From Monocercomonoides exilis PA203 (lineage: Eukaryota > Protista > Preaxostyla): a DNA stretch of 64,000 nt. Positions within the stretch are counted from its first letter, which is position 1. Each line of letters starts with the position of its first letter. Below are positions 13,514 through 24,778 of the stretch, one piece after another. The stretch covers positions 372,001 through 436,000 of the forward strand of contig LSRY02000042.1 in NCBI GenBank assembly GCA_001643675.2, given 5' to 3'. Position numbers and translations under genes: made by a program. The notes under the pieces were generated by a model, which ran no database searches, was not told where the DNA came from, and saw nothing but the letters and a program-made list of their open reading frames with translations.

Positions 13514-14913
13514 GGCAAAATAAAAGTATATCGGAACTCTCAATTTTGCACAAAAAAATAGTGAAAGTCATTTATATTATATATTGATACAATATGCAAA
13601 TTTTCAGCTATCGGAAAGTCTTTTCAAAAAGTTTAAAAAAACATGGAAAAGTCAAAAAAATTCTACTCTATGGTTAATGATCAAAAAAGTTTTATGGCAA
13701 GATCTGAAGAGGAAAAAAATAGTCAAACAGTATTTCGATTGAATACGATCTTCCATGATAAAGAAGAAACGTGGAATTGGTTTTTCAAACGTTTTAAAGA
13801 GTTCGCTACCAAGGATTGCCCTAAATGCAGATGCAAAAGGAGAATCAGGGAGGAAACAGAAGGTTACAAATATCTTTGGTGTCAAACTTGCCGAAAAAAA
13901 ACCTCAATATTTGAAAATTCCGTATTTTCCAAAATGAAACTACCAATAAATATGGTTTTGCAAATTCTATTGTACTATTGGATCGGAATTGGTTTGAAAC
14001 AAAATCATTTGCTGACGGGTGTTTCATATCCAACTATTGGTTATTGGACAAGCGTTGTGAGAGTTGTGTGCACACAAATTTGGAACGAAACGATGCCGAA
14101 ATTAGGAGGACCGGGAAAATACGTCGAAATAGATGAGGCAGTTTGGAGGAGAAGGAAATATGGAAGAGGAAGAAAGAAGGATTTGCTGTGGATTTTCGGA
14201 GGAGTTGAGAGGAAGGAAGGAGGAGGAGCTGGAACAAATTTTGTTATTATCGTGCCAGACAGGAAAAAAGAAACATTGATCCCTATTATTCAAGATAGGA
14301 TATTAGCTGGCACAACAATTATTAGTGATGAATGGAAAAGCTATAATTGTCTGAAAGATATTGGTTATGAACATATTACGGTCTGTCATAAAAGGAACTT
14401 CAAAGATCCAGAAACAGGTGCATGTACCAATACCGTTGAAGTGTTGTGGAGTCATTTAAGAGCGTTTTTTCCAAAGCATGGAGTAAGGAAAACATTCATT
14501 GCCGATTGTTTATCCATGTGGCTTGTTCAAAGGAATCTAAAACCAAGTTTTGCTGATATTTAGCAAAAAATGATTCATTTTATTCCAGAAGAAAAACCAA
14601 TTATTGCTGATGAAGAAATTGATTTTTCAGAAAATGAAGAAATTCCTGATGCTGACGACATACTGCATGGGCCGCGTGATGATGAAAAAGAAGAAGATTC
14701 AAATAGCGTTGATGACGGAGAGGATGCTTCTAATTATTCTGATGAATAAGCAGAAATTTTCATTTGATCAGCTAGAATAAAAAATTATTGAAAGTTTTTT
14801 TTAATCGTTTTCCGACAACTTTTTTCACATTTCAACACTTTATAAACACAAAAGAAATCAATAGAAACAAGAATAATCATAATTTGAAAGTTCCGATATT
14901 CTTTTAATTTGCC
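13514..14913 (+). mobile_element. Merlin (IS1595/IS1016-like) DNA transposon, near intact
   Basis: TIRs GGCAAAATAAAAGTATATCGGAACTCTCAA and reverse complement GGCAAATTAAAAGAATATCGGAACTTTCAA. 8-bp TSD AACAATTT (13506-13513) / AACAATTC (14914-14921). An empty site is present near 54231. Confidence 0.92.
13643..14563 (+). CDS. IS1595/Merlin-family DDE transposase
   Basis: Zn-ribbon CPKC...CQTC, an HTH region, and catalytic motifs VEIDEA, ISDEWKSY, H.TV.H..NF.DP.TGACTNTVE.LW. The frame continues past TAG 14561-14563 for 61 acidic codons to TAA 14747-14749. Confidence 0.92.
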   Translation: MEKSKKFYSMVNDQKSFMARSEEEKNSQTVFRLNTIFHDKEETWNWFFKRFKEFATKDCPKCRCKRRIREETEGYKYLWCQTCRKKTSIFENSVFSKMKLPINMVLQILLYYWIGIGLKQNHLLTGVSYPTIGYWTSVVRVVCTQIWNETMPKLGGPGKYVEIDEAVWRRRKYGRGRKKDLLWIFGGVERKEGGGAGTNFVIIVPDRKKETLIPIIQDRILAGTTIISDEWKSYNCLKDIGYEHITVCHKRNFKDPETGACTNTVEVLWSHLRAFFPKHGVRKTFIADCLSMWLVQRNLKPSFADI

Positions 14914-16654
14914 AACAATTCAATTTTTTGAATAAAAGAATCTGAATGTGTGTACAACATATTTTTTCTATTTATCTGAATGAAATTTCTATAAAGAAAT
15001 ATTTTTTGTAGAGAGTCTGATTTGCTGGCGAACGGAAGAGTTGAATATCTCTGAATCTTGGATGAATATATTTTGAATGCAGAAAAGAGCATTTTCAACG
15101 AAACAGAACAATTTGATTGATAGTGCGTCTGGCGTAAACATTTTTTTAAATTTGAAACAAAGAGTCTCACTTTTTTCGGAAAGCTGGAAATCAACTCATT
15201 CAAATGTGGGATATGGCTGAAAAGGAATGGTCAGCGAAGCTTTGTGAAAGAGTTTTGAAAAAATAATGAAAAATGAATATTTGATGAGGAAACAAAACAT
15301 TGTCTGAAGAATACAACATTGAAACATGTTTCAACATTTCTGGAAGTTTGCTATTTTCATTTTAAACTTTTTGAATTGATTTTGAGGTAAGTTCTGTTGA
15401 ATGGAGAAGGACTGAATGGCTTTGGAAAAGAGTCAGAAAAAAATCGGAATTTGACCTTTGGAAGAATTCCAAAAAAAATTGGAAAAGGATAACGAAAGAG
15501 AGACAAGTGGGAAAAGAGGAAGAAGCTTCTGGATTTTTGGAGAAAAACACATTGTGCTAATGCCTTTTGAAGGTTTATGGTGAATGGAGTTTTTGGATGA
15601 AAGAATATCTGAGTGAAACTGGTGAAGAAAATGTGGATGAAGGAGAACGAAAGCGAGTGAGAAAGAGAAAGAGAGGAAATTGAAGAGTGTTTGAAGGATT
15701 TTGGCAATCAAGCTTATCAGAAGAACACAAACACACACAAAAAAAGATGAAAATAAGAAATAATTTGACAAACTGAATTGAATGGTTGTGAATTACCATT
15801 CTTCTCCAAAATGCACTTCAAACAATCATCATATTTTATTCGCTCATCATTGTTTTCTTTCACTCGATCGGTCCAAACAAATTAATTCAAGAGAGAACTG
15901 AATTTCAACAAAATTCCGAATTCTTCATTTTTCAAGAAAGATCCTCATTTCCACTGTTTTGTTCAAACATGTCTTTCAAAAGTTGTCTTTCTCTACTTCA
16001 CTTTAACTTATTTATATTTGAAGCAGAAAGTCAACATAGAACAATTGAGGAAATGCTGAAAATAGTGAAAAGAAGAAAGAAAGAAAGAGAAAGAGAAACA
16101 TCAAATATCACTCATCAAAATGAAAGGGATTCAATTTCTCAACAAGCTTTGAATGACCCGTTGATATTTTCATATGAATGAGAAAATTCAATGATTGGTC
16201 TTATCATTTTCATTCATTGTGAAAGAAATATGGTTGACTTATCATTTGGAAACCATTGAAATGATAAACACATAAACAAGAAAAACTTAGAGTTTTGTGT
16301 TGTGTTTGCCAAGCATCGGCTTTTTTGAAGACTTGAGAGGGATGTTGAACATTCATCTTGAAGATCATGAAATTGGCATTCCAAAGACACTTTTTTTCAA
16401 CGATATTCATTCATTTGTTTCTTTGAAAAGCTGCTTGTAAATTGATCCATTTTTCATTTTCTTTTCAGCTTTTTCTGTTCCTGCTGTTTCAAAAAAGAAT
16501 GTTTCAACTTCTTCTCATTTTTATTATAAAAATAAGGACAGCTCTCATTCTCAGTCAACTTCGCTCTTCTGAATTCCTTTGGTGTTTCAAAGGTTCAAAG
16601 AGATGATGAAGAATTTGCTGAGGAATAAAGTTTGTTTGAGATGAAGATATAATT

Positions 16655-17400
16655 TTAGAATTTTTTTGTTATTCTCAATAATGATTCCAAACCATTATGC
16701 TTCCCAACACTGAACAACTCCTTCAGCCAACCAAAATTCCATTTGATTCTCACAAAGAAGTTTATGCCTTCTCTTCTCAGCAAGAGCAATGCAACAATAA
16801 ATATGACAAAATTGACAATGATATTCGAAATGGCAATTCCGTTAACTCCAATATTCAATGAAACTTTCAAAGTGCTCACCAAAAATGTGTCCAGAATGAT
16901 CGTTAACAGTATCTGAATAATCAGCAAGATGTACATGTATTTTTCTTTTTTCAACGTCACAAGAACAAGTGAAATAAACCTCCACAGCGTTGAAAATATT
17001 CCTCCAACAGTTTCTATTCTGACGTATGTCACTGTCACATCAATAAGTTCATTATTTTGCGCCATGAAAACCACAAGGGGCTTTGCAGCAGAAACCAAAA
17101 TTATGTACACAAAAACATAAACCGCTGCTGTGATAGTTATTCCTGTTCTGACCTTGTTTGCAAACTCTTTCAAATCATTCAATGACTTTCCCAAAAGATG
17201 GAAAAGCGGAAGGATCAAGGCTTCCTGGACCACTTCATAAAACAAATTCACCCATGACATTTGGCTTGCAATATTCACTCCCGAATCGCTCGGTAACTCT
17301 CCAAGAAAAAGATTCTAACTGTTTTTTGAATAATTGGCAGAATCATTGAGATGAAAATTGCTGCCCAAAGTTTGATGTTCACAGTTTTGAAAGTTCTCAA
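16655..17400 (-). pseudogene. Bacterial-type MATE efflux transporter, frameshifted and 3'-truncated
   Basis: Reads NIKLWAAIFISMILPIIQKTVRIFFLG, frameshifts near 17280-17300, then VNIASQMSWVNLFYEVVQEALILPLFHLLG ... LNIGVNGIAISNII. Multiple TM helices. Only about half of a MATE protein is present, with no introns in the ORF. Confidence 0.75.
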
Positions 17401-18193
17401 AACTCTAATAAAAAATAAATCGAATTACACAACTGTGTTGATTTGTGTTGTTTTCAGACAAATGAAAAGTGACGAGCACAAAATCAGTAATATGGTTTCG
17501 CGGATCAAAAAACAAATCTTTTCTTCGTTCAAAAGAATTCAAAGCAATTGTGAAAAAATGACAAAACTGAACTTTCTTTAGTATTTTTTAATAATCACTT
17601 CATGGAACACATTGCATTCTAACTGAATTCTGTGACAACAATATTTTTGAAATAACCAAAACCAAAATGAACTGAAACATTGAAAACAACGTTAATGCAT
17701 AAGCACCTTTATTGAAAGGGAAATTTTCCATCAATTCCTCTTCTTTTCATTGAAAGTCACGATCTATGTGCAGTAGCCACGTTCGGATCAATGATGCAAA
17801 CTCCACTTTTCCAGCAAACCACTGGACTTTCTTAGGCAACCGAAGCAGCCTCTCGTCCAGGTTGTGTACAAGGCTGGCTTGGTGTCCAAACACTTCTTCC
17901 TCAAATTTCTGCTTCTGCATCGGTAATTTCTCTATCAAGTTTTCCAGAGATAGCAGTGTAATCCACCTAAGAGAAGAGAACAGAAGAAGGAACAGACTTA
18001 GGATTGCACAAAATGGCTGCTGACGTTTTTCATAGCATTTTCTGTCAAGAACCGAATTCAGTCTGAACCGGATATAACAACAATGAATATTATAACATTC
18101 GTTTTCAGTCACATTTTTCCATGCATCGATAATTTTTAGCCTATTTTCCATTCATTTTCCATCACATATGATAAGGGAGCTTAATATATATTT

Positions 18194-18461
18194 GGGAAAA
18201 AATATACAACTTCAAGCTTTTGCATTGAAATATAATTCACTTTTTATTTTCTTTTTGTGATTAATGAATTCTTTTAAACAGATTCATTTTTCAAAATCCG
18301 TGTGAGATCACAAAACATTTTGCAATGTTGTCATTGGCGCTAATTCATAGATATGAGAATCCAATCAATTACCAAATCTGAGGAAACTTTTTTAAAGATA
18401 TGAGAAGAACAATTTTATAGTACTTTGTGCAAAAAATGCTTGAAAGTCCATATTTTCCTCC
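18194..18461 (-). mobile_element. About 270-bp MITE, family A, copy 1
   Basis: Ends match family TIR consensus G(T/G)GGGAAAATATGGACTTTCAAGC. The interior aligns by eye with copies at 23967, 33906 and 36353. Confidence 0.75.
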
Positions 18462-18559
18462 AAATACTCTTATTTTCAATAAAAATAACACAATTTAGAT
18501 TTTAATTGAAATTGAAAATGAAGCATCTGGGACTATTGAAGATGTTTCATCAAAAAAAA

Positions 18560-19700
18560 GAAAATTTAAATTTGCTGTCTATTCCTATTTGCGAAATCAA
18601 CCCGAATTGAAATTCCAAAAGCCAAAAATTTTGGATTCAAAAAACATTTCATCATCTTGTCAGAACGTTTTGAGACCAACGTTTGAAACGCTTGATGATT
18701 TCCATTCAAAATACAAATATTGACATAAGCTGATCTTTTATGTGGATGAAACATCACTAAGACAATCTTATAATTTCCAAAAACTTGTTGCGACATCCTC
18801 GGAGTCTCCTGCATCCAATTGCCTTGCTTCTTCGAGAGTTCAAAATATGACGCTTGTGGCTGCTGTTGCCTTGGATGGCTTTTCTTTTCCCACAATTGTT
18901 CTTTAGCTAAGTTCCAATATTTGGGAAGAGTTGACTCCTTTGCTATATCCTTCGCATGATGTGTGGAGCAATCCAAACGGTTGGATGAAGTTTTCTTTAT
19001 TCGAACGACACTCTTTTCGTGTTCTGGATCCAAAAATATTAGAAAGAAAGAAAAGAATGTGATTAACGGAAGAGAGATGTTTGATATTAAAATATTCGCA
19101 CAGCTCTCGTGCAGATCCTATAATTCGGAGAAAAATTTTGGAAAAGAATGTGGATGTCATTACATTTGTTCCTCACACTACACATATTTCACAACCTCTT
19201 GATTGATGTGTGTTTACTGTTTTGAAATCAGTTAGAAATTCATCAACTTAAATCCCACAATCTTCAACTGCTTCTTCGAACAGAAAGGCTTTGGCAGACA
19301 TCCTTCTTCAAGCTCTTCACTCACCATTTGCACTATCAGTAATAAAGAATGCTTATGATGCAAATGGTGTTTTTTTTAAGATCGTCAGAACCAGTTTTAC
19401 GGAAATTGCTCAAACACTCATAATTTCCTTTTCCCACTTATGCAAATCGTTTTGATTTTTACGGAAAACTGCTCGCAAATGAGGATTTCCTAGAAAAGTG
19501 GGAAGAAGATATCTTTATTCGAACAAGTGCGAAATGTTCCGAAGCCGAAGAAGAAACAGAAAACATTGAAGAAACTATTCCATCAAAGTCAAAAATGAAA
19601 AGAGTTAATCGAAGAATATTGCATGATGATTTGGTAAATATCGAAGAAGAAAATTCTGCAGATCAAAGTTCAGGAAAAAGAATAACAAGAATATCATTTG
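18560..19700 (+). pseudogene. pogo/Tigger-like DDE_1 transposase relic
   Basis: Hand translation across stops and frameshifts gives LIFYVDETS (about 18735-18760), AVALDG, SNPNGWM and YSHSSRADP...FVPHTTHISQPLD*CVF (19081-19215). These are hallmark DDE_1 motifs. Boundaries are approximate and no TIRs were found. Confidence 0.8.
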
Positions 19701-20179
19701 ACTCAAGTTTTGTTTATTTTTGTTTCTGGATTCTGTTTCTTTTGTATTTTATCACTTTAAAAATTTGGTGCCAAAAAAATGGTGCCAATAAAAACACTAA
19801 CTTAATAATTCAGATCATTTTTTTCTTTGAAAGAAAGTCAAACGTGATTTGAATAGAATAATGTATTTCTTCAACAGAAATATGTGATAAAAAAGATTTT
19901 TTATTCACAAATGATATTTTCACAACTCTTGACTTGGATATTTTTTTTATATGAAAACACAGAATAATGTTTGAAAACTTTCTTATCATCGTTGCTCCAT
20001 TTAATGCGATTTGACAATTAAAATGAAACAGTGTTATCAGCATCACTCTTTCATATGTCAATTTATTCATATTTTTCAAAAGATCAGTCATTTGATTCAA
20101 ACCACACTTCGGATTAGTTTTTTTATGTATAAAGGATTTATTGATCTATTGTGATACAGAAAAGTGAACAACAAAAGGA

Positions 20180-21526
20180 ATGATTATTATTTTTGTTTAT
20201 TTCCTAACTGTTTCATTGACGTGCACACAAGAAGTAAGTGATGAAACATTTACAGAAGTTTATGTCAAACAAAGTGGAGATGACAGAAACAGTGGAACTT
20301 CTATCGGTCAGGAAGTGAAATCATTGCATCATGCTTATTCTCAATTAGGAAATGACATAGCATGCAAGATAAATGTTGTTCATGATGCAACTCCTCTTAT
20401 AGCAGAGAAAATTGAGTGCAGCAAAGATCAAGGAATAATCATTGAAGGTGTTAAAAGTGATGGAAGTTGTTGCACAGAAGTTGCTGTTGATTGCGATGAC
20501 TTTTTATCATCAATATCATATGCATCTTTATTTAATTGCAAGAAATCTGTGGAATTCAAACATTTGGCATTTCGATTTTCAATAACTGAACATAAGTGGT
20601 ATGTTCTAATTGGATCATCATCAAACGAATCATCATTGGTGATTAATAACTGCAAATTTGTGAGAGTTGGGATGCAATCACAGGGAGGAATAGCTGTTAA
20701 TGTTGATGGAAACAGTTTTGTGGCAGCCCGTCTCGTGCAGGCATATTACGGAAAAGTTGAAATGAATTCAGTTTCATGCACAGATGAAACATCATTTGTG
20801 ACATTTGAATATAATCTGTTTGATTTCAATGAAGCTAAGGAAGTTATATTAAATGGAGTGGAGATAAGCAAAGTGAATGTTGAAAGAGCGGCCGTCAGTA
20901 TAAAAGACAGTGGAAATTCAATTAGAAATATCTCAATTGAGGGACTTAACGTTCAGGATGTCAATTCAGAAAGTGGAGTTGCAGGCTTGGATATAACATG
21001 TGAATTGGAGGGATCAATAGTATCCATTGGTCGGAAAAACAAATGCACGTTCAAGTCATGCTCAGTTACAAGTGGACGTGCAGGTGCAATATGCATTTTC
21101 ATGATGGAAACTGTGTCTTTTCTGAAACTTCCACTTGCAAACAATTTGGAAATCGACAGTTCAAACAACGCCAATTCAACTTCAAGATCGTTGTTTCTCA
21201 TTGCTCCAGATTTCGAATCATTCTGCGAGCAGAAAGATTCATTCGAGTTTGCAGACGAATTCAATGAATCAGCTGTTGGATGGATTTTGGCAACAAAAGA
21301 TTCTGACTTCGAGCCAGTGGATGCATACGAAAAGTTCATTAAAGTGAGACATGAAAAACAAAAGAATGATCCCGAAGCTGCAAAAAAAGACAACAAGAAA
21401 AAAGCAGGAACAATTGTTGCAATTGTTGTGCCTATAGCAGTTGTTGTTGTAACCGTTGTTGTGGTTGTTGCTGCTGTAATTGTTATTAGGAAAAGGAAAT
21501 CAAAAAGCGGTAAGGAAAAGCATTAA
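20180..21526 (+). CDS. Type I membrane/surface protein with probable beta-helix (pectin-lyase-like) ectodomain
   Basis: Single-exon 448 aa ORF. N-terminal signal peptide, then VYVKQSGDDRNSGTS...KSLHHA (typical cap of right-handed beta-helix proteins) and GRAGAICI. Val-rich TM helix followed by RKRKSK. Confidence 0.8.
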   Translation: MIIIFVYFLTVSLTCTQEVSDETFTEVYVKQSGDDRNSGTSIGQEVKSLHHAYSQLGNDIACKINVVHDATPLIAEKIECSKDQGIIIEGVKSDGSCCTEVAVDCDDFLSSISYASLFNCKKSVEFKHLAFRFSITEHKWYVLIGSSSNESSLVINNCKFVRVGMQSQGGIAVNVDGNSFVAARLVQAYYGKVEMNSVSCTDETSFVTFEYNLFDFNEAKEVILNGVEISKVNVERAAVSIKDSGNSIRNISIEGLNVQDVNSESGVAGLDITCELEGSIVSIGRKNKCTFKSCSVTSGRAGAICIFMMETVSFLKLPLANNLEIDSSNNANSTSRSLFLIAPDFESFCEQKDSFEFADEFNESAVGWILATKDSDFEPVDAYEKFIKVRHEKQKNDPEAAKKDNKKKAGTIVAIVVPIAVVVVTVVVVVAAVIVIRKRKSKSGKEKH

Positions 21527-22195
21527 GAACAGGAAACGAGCAGCAAAGAAAGCAGAAAAAAATCAGATATGTTATTGGATCAATTTGATAATAATCAAGA
21601 TTCTCGATTTTGTAATTCCATGTACAGTCATCTTTTTCTTTTCTTTTAAGGGAAAATTCTTTTTCTTGATTTTTTGATCTGTTTTCCAATTCTATTATGT
21701 ATTTCATCCAAAAACCCACGTCACTCAATCAAATGCAAATGGATAATAAAAAGAAAAATAACTTGTCATTCAAAAGAACATTATAAGGACATTTGCGTAT
21801 TTTCGTTATTTATTTCCTAAAAATCTTTTTTTTTATTTCCATTTTGTTCTTTAGATGAAACATCATTCAAAAGGAAAAGAAAAACATTTGTTTGGAAATT
21901 GATGATGGATAGAATGGACTTTGTGAAATCATAAGCTTTGAATCATAAGACTTTAGCATTCTTCCAGATTTTTCTGGAATTCATCCTTTTTGCACAATTT
22001 TCATTTTTAACCATTGAAAAGATTTATCCAATTTCAATACATCATATTTTGCACAACGACTTATGCACACCATTTATTATTCAACTTTGGCAAACTTCTC
22101 ATTCAAAATAAATAAAATTAAGTATTTTTTTATTAAATATTTTTTGTGAAATATTGGTTTTTGGCTGAATGTTTGAAAGTGATGAAAATATTATA

Positions 22196-22647
22196 CAGTC
22201 TAAATCGGATAATATCACATCGGTTTTTGCACAACTTTTTGTGACTATATCCGATTGTGATAATATCCGATGCTGTTTTACATTGAAAAATATAAAAACA
22301 AATTAATTAATTAATTAATTTTGTGTCAATTTTTTAACATTTTGGAAAATTCTTCATTGAAACGCATTTTTCAATAGAAAAAACTATTTTTTGGGTTTTA
22401 TTATGTTATTCAGACTTATTTGAACATTATTTTGAAAAATTGATTTTTTGAAATTTTTGATTAAAAAATCAATTTTTCAATTAAAAAATCACCCATTATC
22501 ATTAAAACTGTGATTATATATTTTCAGCCCTGTGATTATATGAGATGGAAAATGAATGAAAAACAAGCAAAAAATGTCGGTGCATCTAAAAATGTGACAA
22601 TAAACGATGTTGATTATATTCGATGTGATTATATCCTGTTTGGACTG
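22196..22647. mobile_element. Tc1/mariner-type MITE (452 bp)
   Basis: TA on both flanks. TIRs CAGTCTAAATCGGATAATATCACATCG and reverse complement CAGTCCAAACAGGATATAATCACATCG. Internal repeats of TGTGATTATATCC. Confidence 0.85.
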
Positions 22648-22866
22648 TATTCTGTCAATATTTGTTCATAAGATAAAAATATTGAACCACAAATATTATT
22701 ATTTGTGAATCAACATAAAAATTTTCGGTTTTTCATAAAAAACATCTTCTTGGAAATTGAATAATTTGCAAATAAATTCATCTCGCATTGTAAAATTACA
22801 CATTTTTTCTATCATGATACGTTATTTTCACTTCGAAATATCTATTAGAACAAAAAAAAAAAAAAA

Positions 22867-22914
<48 letters not shown>

Positions 22915-23966
22915 AAGTGAAGAATTATGAAAGTCCTTTTTCAGATTTATTCGATTGTGTAAAATGAATATTTTCATGATCTTGTATTGATGCAAATAAT
23001 ATTTTTGCAAGAATAATGTGTAATCTGACAATGTGAGGTGAAATAATTCTAAGATAATCCGATTTCCAAGAAGATAATTTTTTTCTGAGAAATCAAAATA
23101 TTTCATGATTATTCACAAATTTTAATAACATAGATTCAATTTCTCATCTGTATTTTGAATATTGACTATATGTCTTATTTTTATCACATTCCGATACTCT
23201 GCCAAAAACCAATTCTTCAAAAAAATTTTCCAGTGAAAATACTCAATTTTTTTAAATTTCGAAAAATAAGTTTAACTATTTCGAATAATAAATAGGTTTT
23301 TCAAAAAGATCACATATCATTGAACTTAAGTCATATGCATTGCCAACTTCACTATTATAAGAATAATACTCATATTGTTTTTCAAGAAGATGTCTAATTA
23401 TTACAAACCTATCATTATCAACGAATAATGTAATTGCAACAAATTCACAACAACAAGAAGGTTCCTTTGAATAGAATGATTAATTAACTCGAACATTTTT
23501 CTGAACCCAGTTATAATTTTTTATTCGGATGAATATGATAAATTCGATGAAATAATTCAAAAACAAATTTTCAAGAAAGTCATTTTTTTCTTTGAAAAGT
23601 CACAAACAATTAATTGATATGAAAAAAAGTTCGAAAATGATCAAAAGATTGAAATTATTCCTTTCCCATTTAAGTTTGATTTTTATTATGATAAAGTTCT
23701 TTTAATCTGGATATCTTTTTCCTGATCAAATTTTAAATAACAAAAAATTTTAACACACTTTTTGGAAATAATAACTCATTTTTTAAACATAAAAAAAAGC
23801 CTGTAATAAAAATTTCTGATTAAATTTCTATGCCTAATCTCTGATGGGGGAAGATGGGTGTGTTTCCTTCTCCATCCATGATTAGTGCCTTCCCTGAGGA
23901 GATAAGGAAAAAGCAACGGGGCTTATTAAAAAAGAATTTATTCAGAAAATAAACTTTTTACTATTT

Positions 23967-24234
23967 GTGGGAAAATATGGACTTTCAAGCTTTTTATGCA
24001 CAATCATAAAAAAAAATTGCTTCACTCATAACTTTATATCGCTTTCTCAGATTTTGAAATAAATTTGATTTTCATCTCTGCACACAGGCATCGTTGAAAT
24101 CAAATCATTAAGTTTTCCAACATTTCACAAATGTCAAAATATGAACCCACATTCATTAATTTTTTTTTCACAAAAAGTGAATCAAAAGAACACAATTTTT
24201 CAATGAAAACGCATGAAGTCAAATATTTTTCCCC
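23967..24234 (+). mobile_element. MITE family A, copy 2
   Basis: GTGGGAAAATATGGACTTTCAAGC ... GCATGAAGTCAAATATTTTTCCCC. Colinear with 33906-34173. Confidence 0.85.
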
Positions 24235-24778
24235 ATATTTCGAAAAAAATATTCATTTTTTTTCACAAAAAAAAACTATCTGGATAAAAAAAACACAAAT
24301 TTATTAAAATTATTAAAATCTCCTCTTTCTCAATGATGCAACAAATGAACTGTTTTGGAATGTGGAAACGATGTCAAAACTTGATTTATGACATCAATGA
24401 CTGTTTTTTAATAGGGATGAACAAAAAAACTAATTGGCTTCTCCTTTTTGAAGTCATGCTTTTTTTTTCGAAACCTGAACAATAAATTAATCTCAATGCT
24501 GTTTTTGAAATAATGAGCAATAGTTCATGCATGTTGTTAATAATGGATGAATTGCACAATTTTTGTGTAATTGTGAAATTAATGAAATATTTTGAAATTC
24601 ATATATGTTATTTTGAAATAATCATGAAATTTTGAAATTTTCTAGAAAAATTGAAAATAAGGATGTTATTTTAAGTTTCAGCAACAAATTTCAAGTTTTA
24701 AATAAATAGTGGGAAGATCTTCGTTTTTCTCCTAAAAATTGTTGCATTCAAAAATAGCTGTTTATTTATCACAAGTAT

